From positions 1-51,189 of the forward strand of contig CAZHVO010000002.1 in assembly GCA_964536195.1 (NCBI GenBank): a stretch of DNA of 51,189 nt, in the 5' to 3' direction. Below the pieces are notes generated by a model. That model ran no database searches. It saw only the letters and a program-made list of their open reading frames with translations, and was not told where the DNA came from. The stretch's first letter is position 1; each line of letters begins with the position of its first letter. This document shows positions 34,777-42,405 of the stretch, piece after piece. Position numbers and translations under genes: made by a program. Source of the stretch: an uncultured Planctomycetia bacterium (lineage in GTDB: Bacteria > Omnitrophota > Gorgyraeia > Duberdicusellales > 4484-171).

Positions 34777-35772
34777 TCAGATCTCCATTTCTTTTACTAA
34801 TTCTTCCTTTTTAAAAAACTTCTTTGACTCCTCTACTCTATGAACCAACTCAACTATTTTACTATTTAATGGTGCTTGGAGATTATTTTCAGAAGCTATT
34901 TTTACAATTTCACCGTTGATGTAATCAATCTCTGAAGGCCGACCACTCTTTATGCTCTGTAATATTGAACCATAAAGAGGCTGTTTGCTCAAAGAGACCA
35001 TTACTTTTGAAAAAATACCAGAAGCTGCCTCTATATCCATTGAAACTAACCCCTCTAATCTGGCTAAAGGATAAGTAGGCAAATCAGCTAACTCTATACA
35101 GCTGTTTTTAACAACATCGAATGCCTCTTTGTTTATTCTTATTGCTAGTTTTGCTAAAGCTAAATCAGCAAAGGTCTCCTGCATTGATAAACCTAAAATT
35201 GCCGGAACACAATTATTAAGATTGATCAAAAGCTTAAGATATTTAGCTCCTTTTATTTTATCTAAAACCACAGTATCAAAACCCAATTTTAAAAAACTCT
35301 CTACTGCCTCGATATCCGCTGCTGCCTTATTAAATATATTACCTAATATTAAATTACCTTTAAAATTATGAACTATTTTGTTTGGCCGGTAAAATGTTGC
35401 TCCAAACATCACAATACTGCTTATAATATTCTCTTGAGAAAAATAACTGCCAAGAATATTCTCCGCTCTTACTCCATTCTGAGCACTAATTACAACTGCA
35501 TCTTTTAAATACTCTAAATTTTCCTTTACCAAAACCTCTAAATCACCAATCTTGCTAGCAAAAATAGCTAAATCTACCTTTTCTCTAAGCTGACTATCAA
35601 CCCTTACCTTATAGGTATTTTTATCTGTTTCGTTTTCAATGATTAACCCATTCTCAAGCAAAGGCTGCTTCTGATAATCTTTAACTACTCCCACAACATC
35701 CAGGTTCTGTTTTGAAAGATAGCCCAAAAATAATCCGCCAATTGCCCCGCAACCTAAAACTGCAGCTTTCAT
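34777..35772 (-). CDS. Ketopantoate reductase (ApbA/PanE) family NAD(P)H oxidoreductase
   Basis: N-terminal MKAAVLGCGAIGG Rossmann motif. Length and the C-terminal helical domain fit the family. Confidence 0.7.
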   Translation of the reverse strand: MKAAVLGCGAIGGLFLGYLSKQNLDVVGVVKDYQKQPLLENGLIIENETDKNTYKVRVDSQLREKVDLAIFASKIGDLEVLVKENLEYLKDAVVISAQNGVRAENILGSYFSQENIISSIVMFGATFYRPNKIVHNFKGNLILGNIFNKAAADIEAVESFLKLGFDTVVLDKIKGAKYLKLLINLNNCVPAILGLSMQETFADLALAKLAIRINKEAFDVVKNSCIELADLPTYPLARLEGLVSMDIEAASGIFSKVMVSLSKQPLYGSILQSIKSGRPSEIDYINGEIVKIASENNLQAPLNSKIVELVHRVEESKKFFKKEELVKEMEI

Positions 35773-36047
35773 TACTCTTCTGTCTTCCCCTGATCAACAT
35801 ATTGTGAATAATCAACATTTAGCTGAGTAAGCAACCTTTGGAGCATCCCTTTAAAAGCCGGGGGAACCTCCTGAAAAAAGGCGGTAATTAAATCTTTATC
35901 TTCAACTTCTTGAGAATTTCTTTTCTTGGCCAGCTCTTCAGATTTTTGTTTAATCAATTGCTCAGCGATTGTTCTGTGAAATTGCGGCAAATTTTCTATT
36001 ATCTTATCACGCTTAATCTTAGTTTCTTCTTTCCAAACAACTTCCAT
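35772..36047 (-). CDS. Small hypothetical protein (91 aa)
   Basis: The ORF is translationally coupled (its stop overlaps the next start). The W-KEE...IENLPQFHRTIAEQ stretch faintly resembles a PCP-reductase-type helical domain, which is not enough to name it. Confidence 0.35.
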   Translation of the reverse strand: MEVVWKEETKIKRDKIIENLPQFHRTIAEQLIKQKSEELAKKRNSQEVEDKDLITAFFQEVPPAFKGMLQRLLTQLNVDYSQYVDQGKTEE

Positions 36048-36065
36048 AATATTCTTTTCTCCTTC

Positions 36066-36800
36066 TTATAATTTGTCAACTACTCCAAAGGCTAAATCAG
36101 TCATTTTCATCTCAGCTTCAAAAAATCTATAATCAGCAAACCCTAAAGTTCCGGTTATGAGATTATCAGATACTGCTAAGACGGCCGCAACTTTTTTCTT
36201 ATAAATATTAGCTACAGTAACAAACGGAGATGTTACCATATCAACAGCAATCGCACCCTTTTTAATATAAGGATTAACTATCTCCTTGGTTTCCTTAAAT
36301 AATGCATCAGTTGTCCAAACTCCTCCTCGATGTATAGTGCCGGCGGTTTTGAAAACCTCTTCTATATTTGAAGTTAAATCGCTGTCAACTTTAGAAATAT
36401 AATTATCATCTACATAATACTTAGTTGCACCGTCACCACGAATAATATCAGTAGCCAAGATGTAATCTCCGACATTGATATCTTCTCTCAAGGCTCCACA
36501 AGAACCCAGTCTGATTAAAGTATTGATTCCGCCAACACATAAAAACTCAGTAACGAAGGCAGAATCGGGAGCATAAAACCCGCCATTGCCCACAGTTACT
36601 TTCTTGCCCTTATAAAACCCGGTCCAAAAGGTATAACCAAGAAAGGTAAAATTCTTAACACAATTTTCTAATTTATCTAAGCACATCTTTGCTCTATGTT
36701 GCTGCCCGCTAATTAAAGCTACTTCGCCAAAATCACCTTCCCTAAATTGTAGAGAGCCAAGAAGCTCTTTGGGGCTTAGATGGATATCTCTTTGCATCAT
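36066..36800 (-). CDS. PNP/UDP-1 family nucleoside phosphorylase
   Basis: GNGGFYAPDSA, RLGSCGAL, the GDG/ATKYY region and AVDMVTS resemble DeoD/Udp/MtnP-type phosphorylases. Confidence 0.7.
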   Translation of the reverse strand: MMQRDIHLSPKELLGSLQFREGDFGEVALISGQQHRAKMCLDKLENCVKNFTFLGYTFWTGFYKGKKVTVGNGGFYAPDSAFVTEFLCVGGINTLIRLGSCGALREDINVGDYILATDIIRGDGATKYYVDDNYISKVDSDLTSNIEEVFKTAGTIHRGGVWTTDALFKETKEIVNPYIKKGAIAVDMVTSPFVTVANIYKKKVAAVLAVSDNLITGTLGFADYRFFEAEMKMTDLAFGVVDKL

Positions 36801-38431
36801 AATTGTTCTCCTGTTTTGAGTTTTCCTTTATCAATCTTTCCGGTTCTATTTTTAGGTAAGCCTCCTACGAATTCAAAGTAATGGGGGATTTTAAAGTGAG
36901 CTAAGTGTTCTTTTAAGAAGTCTTTTAGCTCTTGCTCACTTAAAATCTCCTCTTGTTTAGAAACTATAAATGCTTTAGGAACCTCTCCGCGTAACTTATC
37001 AGCTACACCAATAACAGCAACTTCTTTTACCTTAGGATATCTATTTATCTTTTCTTCAACTTCAGCTAAGGAAACTATTTCTCCGGCCACCTTAATCATA
37101 TCTTTTTTTCTTCCGACTATATAATGAAGCCGGTCAGAGTCAACTCTGACAATATCCCCGGTCTTAAGCCAGCCATCTTCGGTTAATACCTCTTTAGTTA
37201 GACCGGGTTCCTTATAATACTCTCTCATAACCGCTGGGCCCTTAACCCAGAGCTCTCCTTGAGAAGGCCCCTCTAACTTATTACCAGCATCATCGACAAT
37301 TTTTGCCTCGAGATTAAAGTCAAAATAACCAATGCTTGAGATTTTACTATCATCAGAAGGAGAATAAGCATTCGGAGCAGAAGTCTCGGTCATGCCCCAG
37401 CCATTTAAAATTACAGCCTGAGGGCATACCCTATGAAATCTCTTCAAGAGCATTGGCGATGAAGGGGCACCAAAAACAACTGCATATCTTAAACAAGAAA
37501 GGTCAAATTTATCGTACCCTTTTAAGGAAAGAATGGCTACATACATTGCCGGAACAATACAGAATATAGTAACTTTATGGTACTCTATACTCTTTAGAAA
37601 CTCAAAAGGATTAAACCTACTCATAAGAACAAGTGGCGATGTAAAGGTAATCATAAGAAGTATGTAGTCTAACCCGCCAATGTGTGAGAAAGGAACTCCA
37701 CCGCATAAGAAGACATCATCTCCAGATAATCCCAGAAAGTGATCAATTGTCTGAGAAGGATTATCGAGATGCCTATACTCTAAACATACCCCTTTAGGAT
37801 GGCCGGTAGAACCCGAGGTATAAAATATAGCTGCCAAATCATCCTCCCTGTGCTCAACCGAAGGTTGATCAGGGCTACTTTCTTCTAGAGCTACATCCCA
37901 AGAAGTAACTTCGCTTCGCCGCAGGCGAAGTTCAGAACGAAGTTCTGCCGAAGTTCCTTGCGGTAGCTCTGATTGCAAATCAAAACCCTTATCTTTACTT
38001 TGACGTATTTCATGCTTATTCTTACCGCAAGAAAATTCTCCTGATTCTTGCCCACATACAATTATCTTCTCCAAACTTACACACTTAGTCTTAATATTAG
38101 CTAAATCGATTTTTACGGCAGCAATTAAAACTTTTGCCTGACTATGATTTATAAAATTAATTATCTCATTCTCAGTTAACATAAAATCCAGAGGAACTAC
38201 TGCTGAGCCTATAGTAAATACACCTAAAAAGGTGAATATAGCTTCAGGGGTATTGGGAAGGAATGTAGCAACTTTATCGCTGCTGGTTAGGCCTATTTTA
38301 AGAAGGTAATTAGCAAGCCTAAATGAAGAATCTCTAACTTGAGAAAAGGTAATTGCTTTACCTTGAAATAAAATAGCTGATTTTTGAGGATATTGTTCAG
38401 CCTGTTTTGTGAGTAATTTTCTTATATTCAT
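36797..38431 (-). CDS. AMP-dependent synthetase/ligase (acyl- or aryl-CoA/ACP ligase) with an internal insertion
   Basis: IFYTSGSTGHPKGV, GWGMTE, TGDIVRVD and PKNRTGKI are present. An extra ~40 aa precede the AMP motif. Confidence 0.85.
   Translation of the reverse strand: MNIRKLLTKQAEQYPQKSAILFQGKAITFSQVRDSSFRLANYLLKIGLTSSDKVATFLPNTPEAIFTFLGVFTIGSAVVPLDFMLTENEIINFINHSQAKVLIAAVKIDLANIKTKCVSLEKIIVCGQESGEFSCGKNKHEIRQSKDKGFDLQSELPQGTSAELRSELRLRRSEVTSWDVALEESSPDQPSVEHREDDLAAIFYTSGSTGHPKGVCLEYRHLDNPSQTIDHFLGLSGDDVFLCGGVPFSHIGGLDYILLMITFTSPLVLMSRFNPFEFLKSIEYHKVTIFCIVPAMYVAILSLKGYDKFDLSCLRYAVVFGAPSSPMLLKRFHRVCPQAVILNGWGMTETSAPNAYSPSDDSKISSIGYFDFNLEAKIVDDAGNKLEGPSQGELWVKGPAVMREYYKEPGLTKEVLTEDGWLKTGDIVRVDSDRLHYIVGRKKDMIKVAGEIVSLAEVEEKINRYPKVKEVAVIGVADKLRGEVPKAFIVSKQEEILSEQELKDFLKEHLAHFKIPHYFEFVGGLPKNRTGKIDKGKLKTGEQL
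37905..37960. repeat. In-frame GC-rich mini-repeat / hairpin cluster inside the ligase gene
   Basis: The coding strand carries GAACTTCG three times, followed by the inverted copy GCGAAGTT (an 8-bp perfect stem AACTTCGC/GCGAAGTT). It encodes SAELRSELRLRRSEV. Confidence 0.6.
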
Positions 38432-38526
38432 TCTTTAAATGGTAGTAAAATTTGAGTAGTAAAATTTTACTATTCATAGTTAATTAGTCAAGAAAAATAT
38501 GGTTTCGGCAGAAACAGATTTTTCTT

Positions 38527-38555
38527 GATCCTGATCCCCGAAGGGGATAAGGATC
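38527..38555. other. 13-bp-stem hairpin between the rlmD-like gene and the ligase operon
   Basis: GATCCTGATCCCC-GAA-GGGGATAAGGATC with 12 of 13 positions paired. No T-run follows on either strand. Confidence 0.5.
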
Positions 38556-38568
38556 TCCATATAATCCT

Positions 38569-39726
38569 TTACTTTATTAAGTTTTTCCGTCTCAGTAAGC
38601 TCAAGGCTTCAAGGTGTGGGGTGTGGGGAAAAAAGTCAAAAGGCTCAATAAAATCAAGGCTATATTGGTCTAGTAACCCTTCTAAGTCCCTGAAAAGAGC
38701 CTCAGGATTGCAGGATGAATAAATGATATTCTTAGGTTCCAACCTTAAAATAGCCCTTATTATCTTGGGTGAGAGCCCACAACGGGGAGGGTTTATGATT
38801 AGAAAATCAGTATTCTTATAGAATGAGCCTTGGGTATTGAGGAACTTTCGCGAATCAGCAACAAAAAAAGAAATATTCTCAATTTTATTAATCTTAGCAT
38901 TCTGCCAAGCTATATCAACAATTTCTTCTTCTCGCTCGACCCCCCAAACAAATTTTGCATCCCGGGCAAGAAACATTCCTATAGTTCCTACTCCGCAAAA
39001 AAGATCTAATACTTGCTCCCTAGAAGAAACTCCGGCATATTCTCTAATCTTCTTATAAAAATCTACTATAGCGTAAGGATTAACCTGAAAGAATGTATCA
39101 ATACCGATTCTAAAAGTTAAATCATCTAATCTCTCTTCGATAAAAGACTCACCATATAAAAGCTCCTTTTTATCAAAGACTACTGCATCGGAGAATGAAT
39201 CGCTAATGACCTGATAAATAGATTTAATAGTAGACTTTAATTTCAATGAAGTTAAAACTTTTATGAACTCTTTAACGTCTAAAGCCTCACTGCTGCTAGT
39301 AACTATGCCAATCATAATCTCTTTGGTGAATTTCGTCTCTCGAATGATTAAGTAGCGCAGGAACCCCTGGTGAGAATACTTACCATATACAGAGTGCTTT
39401 TTTTCCTTAAGAAAATCTTTAATTGCTTTTAGGACTTCTCCTAAATCTGGAGAAAAAATCAAACACTCCTCTATGTCTACTACCTTTCGCCTCTCTCTCT
39501 TACTATAAAGGCCACAAACAAGGCCCTCCTGATCAGCAAAACTAAACTCCATCTTGTTACGGTAGTACTCGCAAGGAGAGGGATTAATCGGTTTTAGCTC
39601 AATATCAATTTTATGGGAGATGGCTAAATCCTTAACCTTATCTTGCTTAGCAACAAGCTGCTCTTTATAAGGAATGTCTTGGAAGCGACACCCCCCACAC
39701 TCAGAGAAGTGCTTACAAATCTTCAT
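38569..39726 (-). CDS. RumA/TrmA-family RNA (uracil-5)-methyltransferase (no TRAM domain)
   Basis: N-terminal Fe-S cysteines (CKHFSECGGC), LDLFCGVGTIG, INPPRCG and YSSCNP. Confidence 0.8.
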   Translation of the reverse strand: MKICKHFSECGGCRFQDIPYKEQLVAKQDKVKDLAISHKIDIELKPINPSPCEYYRNKMEFSFADQEGLVCGLYSKRERRKVVDIEECLIFSPDLGEVLKAIKDFLKEKKHSVYGKYSHQGFLRYLIIRETKFTKEIMIGIVTSSSEALDVKEFIKVLTSLKLKSTIKSIYQVISDSFSDAVVFDKKELLYGESFIEERLDDLTFRIGIDTFFQVNPYAIVDFYKKIREYAGVSSREQVLDLFCGVGTIGMFLARDAKFVWGVEREEEIVDIAWQNAKINKIENISFFVADSRKFLNTQGSFYKNTDFLIINPPRCGLSPKIIRAILRLEPKNIIYSSCNPEALFRDLEGLLDQYSLDFIEPFDFFPHTPHLEALSLLRRKNLIK

Positions 39727-40217
39727 TTTACGATTAAATCCTTTAATCTCTTTCGCCTTGGCTTCTGAGGAGAATCAAGAGAGTATCCTAGAGCTAAAAC
39801 TGCTGCTAACTCTAGGCTCCTAGGGGTTTTTAAGCATTTGTGAACCTGGGATTTTTGATTTAGAATCTCACCTAACCAACAAGCTCCTAGCCCTCTAGAG
39901 TGGATAGAAATAAGCATATTCTGGATACAAGCACCTATTGCCATTAAATCTTTGTCGCGATTATAAGAGTCTTTTTTGTTAAAGAATACCAATATAAGTT
40001 TATCTGCACTCTTTACTATATGGGAATACTTAGTGTGCTTAGATAGAGAATCTTTAGCCTCTCTTCCTAAAACCATAAACTTCCAAGGTTGATTATTAAG
40101 CCCTGAAGGAGCCCAGCGGCCAGCTTCTAGGGTCTGGTCAATAATTTTTCTGCTAACATTCTTGTTCCGGAATATCCTTACTGACCTTCTCATTTTTATA
40201 GTTTCTAAAATATCCAT
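39723..40217 (-). CDS. Nitroreductase family protein
   Basis: RRSVRIF..., APSGLNNQPWKF and the small FMN-reductase size. Confidence 0.75.
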   Translation of the reverse strand: MDILETIKMRRSVRIFRNKNVSRKIIDQTLEAGRWAPSGLNNQPWKFMVLGREAKDSLSKHTKYSHIVKSADKLILVFFNKKDSYNRDKDLMAIGACIQNMLISIHSRGLGACWLGEILNQKSQVHKCLKTPRSLELAAVLALGYSLDSPQKPRRKRLKDLIVK

Positions 40218-40236
40218 GGTGATCGCCTCTGGTAAA

Positions 40237-41145
40237 CTAAGCCCACCAGTAACCTAATTCTTTTAATATCCGTGGCTTATCCTGCCAATCTCCTAAAACC
40301 TTAACCCAAATATCTAAAAAGACTTTTTTATTATAAATCTTCTCAATCTCTGGCCGGGCCCGGCTTCCTACTTCCTTAAGAACTACTCCCTCCGTGCCGA
40401 TAACAATTCGCTTTTGAGAATTTCTTTTAACATAGATATTGGCTTTTATCGAAACTATCTTTTTCTTATTGTTTATCTCCTCAATCTCAACTGCTATAGA
40501 GTGCGGTAATTCTTTCTTGAGCTGCAAGAAAAGCTTCTCCCTTATAATATCAGCAACCCGAAATTTAAGCGGAAAATCGGTTAAAGAATCAGTATCATAA
40601 TAAGGGTGGGACTCTGGCAAGTTCTCTAAAATAGAATCTCTTAATTTATCAACATCTTTTCCGGTTTTGGCTGATAAAGGCATATAATAAATTAAAGGGT
40701 TTCTCTTACTCTCTACTTTTTCGGCCCATAAATCAATGTAAGTATTAAGATACTTAAGCCCTAAATCAACCTTATTTAAAACCATAATTGTCTTAACCCT
40801 TTGCCCGGTAATAATCCGCATCAGCTCTTCTTCTTCCTTTCCCGGGCGCCGAGATATATCAACGACATAAATAACTAGATCACACCCCTCCAAAGCTCTC
40901 CTAGCAACTGTATTCAAATGTGAAGCTAACTTATCCTCAAAAGAATGAATACCCGGCGTATCAACAAAAACAATCTGAGCATTTTCGAGATTTAGGATTC
41001 CCTTTATCTGATGGCGTGTAGTCTGAGGAATAGGCGAGATAATACTTACCTTATTACCTATTAAAGCATTAAGAAGGGTAGACTTGCCTACATTAGGCCT
41101 ACCGAGAATAGTTACAAACCCTGATTTGAATTTTTCTTTTGGCAT
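40237..41145 (-). CDS. era: GTPase Era
   Basis: GRPNVGKST (G1), DTPG (G3), NKVD (G4) and a C-terminal KH domain. Confidence 0.95.
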   Translation of the reverse strand: MPKEKFKSGFVTILGRPNVGKSTLLNALIGNKVSIISPIPQTTRHQIKGILNLENAQIVFVDTPGIHSFEDKLASHLNTVARRALEGCDLVIYVVDISRRPGKEEEELMRIITGQRVKTIMVLNKVDLGLKYLNTYIDLWAEKVESKRNPLIYYMPLSAKTGKDVDKLRDSILENLPESHPYYDTDSLTDFPLKFRVADIIREKLFLQLKKELPHSIAVEIEEINNKKKIVSIKANIYVKRNSQKRIVIGTEGVVLKEVGSRARPEIEKIYNKKVFLDIWVKVLGDWQDKPRILKELGYWWA

Positions 41146-41282
41146 ACCGCCTATTGTACCGCAATTCTTTAAAATGTGAATAGTTCTGTTTTATCTCAGA
41201 ATATGTTATAATACACCTATAATTTACGGTTAATCTGGTGTTTATCTATTGTTAGATAAAAAATTAGACAGGAGGCGAAGAA

Positions 41283-41912
41283 ATGAAAAAATTAACCTTT
41301 ATCGTACTTTCGTTCCTATCATTTTATTTACTCACTAGCTCTGGTTGTACAAAAGCAGTTGACACATCTAACTTGCCATTTACTTCAGCGATCATTAAAT
41401 ATATGTATACCGGGGCAAGAAACGGAAGTGAAACGGTTTATATAGACCTAAAAGCTAATAAAATTGCTGTGGAAAAATCTATAACCACGACTTTTCAAGG
41501 TATAGTTGATAAAGACGAGACACTAGATATTTACGATGGAAAAGTTGCTTATGGTATCCATTTAGGTAGAAAACAAGCAATTAAAATGGTCCGGAAAGGT
41601 AAAATAATTCCTGAGATGTTTGGCGAAAAAAATTATTCAGGCTATTACAAAGAAGAAGATTCTTTTTTAGGGAAAATATGTAAGGTCTACCAAACTCCCC
41701 AGGCAACAATCTACTTTTGGAATGGTATCTCTTTAAAAGAAGAAATGACAGTTCCCCTTATGAATGTTGAATATAGGAAAGAGGCGATAAGTATTGAGTT
41801 AAATACCCGCATCCCCGGGAAAAAATTCAAACTTCCTTCCGGAATCAAAGTTACAACAACAGAAAAATTAATTAAAGAGTTTAAGAAAAAATCTAAACAA
41901 CTCCGGAAATAA
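41283..41912 (+). CDS. Hypothetical lipoprotein
   Basis: Lipobox LLTSSGC and RBS AGGAGG. An extended -10 element (TGTTATAAT) lies at 41204-41212. Confidence 0.55.
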   Translation: MKKLTFIVLSFLSFYLLTSSGCTKAVDTSNLPFTSAIIKYMYTGARNGSETVYIDLKANKIAVEKSITTTFQGIVDKDETLDIYDGKVAYGIHLGRKQAIKMVRKGKIIPEMFGEKNYSGYYKEEDSFLGKICKVYQTPQATIYFWNGISLKEEMTVPLMNVEYRKEAISIELNTRIPGKKFKLPSGIKVTTTEKLIKEFKKKSKQLRK

Positions 41913-41998
41913 TATTCAAATTCAGGACAGATCACATTAAGACTTACCTTGTCAGGCTTAGCTTTTTTTGGGTAGGATCTGTCTCGACGGATAATTAT

Positions 41999-42391
41999 TT
42001 ATTCTTTTAGCTTTTTTAGTTTAGAGAAAAAAATCTTACACTCCGGTAACTTCCTCACATTCTCTAAATCTGAGTCTTTAAACATGAAAGAAAACTCATC
42101 ATAGCCAAGCACAACTGCTTTTTTTAACTTTGCTAAAGCCTCATTTGGCCGGCCAACTAAAGAAAGACTACAGGCAAGATTATAATGAACAACTGGGTCA
42201 TTGGGCAGTAGCTGGGTTAGCTTTTCATCTACAGCTAAACCCTCTTTGTAGAAACCTTTGCGGGTATAAACATCTCCTAGAGGAATAAGCACGTTGATAA
42301 AATCTGGTTGTTGCTTAAGAAGCTCTTGATAAAACTTTATTTCGAAATCTTTTCGTTTGGTTGTTTTCTGAGGTTTATTACTTTTTATCAA
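41999..42391 (-). CDS. TPR repeat protein
   Basis: TPR-like helices (GFYKEGLAVDEKLTQLLPNDPVVHYNLACSLSLVGRPNEALAKLKKAV). Confidence 0.6.
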   Translation of the reverse strand: MIKSNKPQKTTKRKDFEIKFYQELLKQQPDFINVLIPLGDVYTRKGFYKEGLAVDEKLTQLLPNDPVVHYNLACSLSLVGRPNEALAKLKKAVVLGYDEFSFMFKDSDLENVRKLPECKIFFSKLKKLKE

Positions 42392-42405
42392 TACTCTTTC
42401 CTTGA

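Noticed and set aside
26771-36800. A hopanoid-side-chain-like (HpnG/HpnJ-type) or ladderane-type lipid pathway, suggested by a B12-radical SAM enzyme plus a PNP-family enzyme plus KS genes
   Set aside because: The window contains no squalene-hopene cyclase or other hopanoid genes. The KS-alpha/CLF/TcmN-like cyclase set points to an aromatic polyketide. I keep the analogy only as mechanistic inspiration for the adduct-trimming hypothesis.
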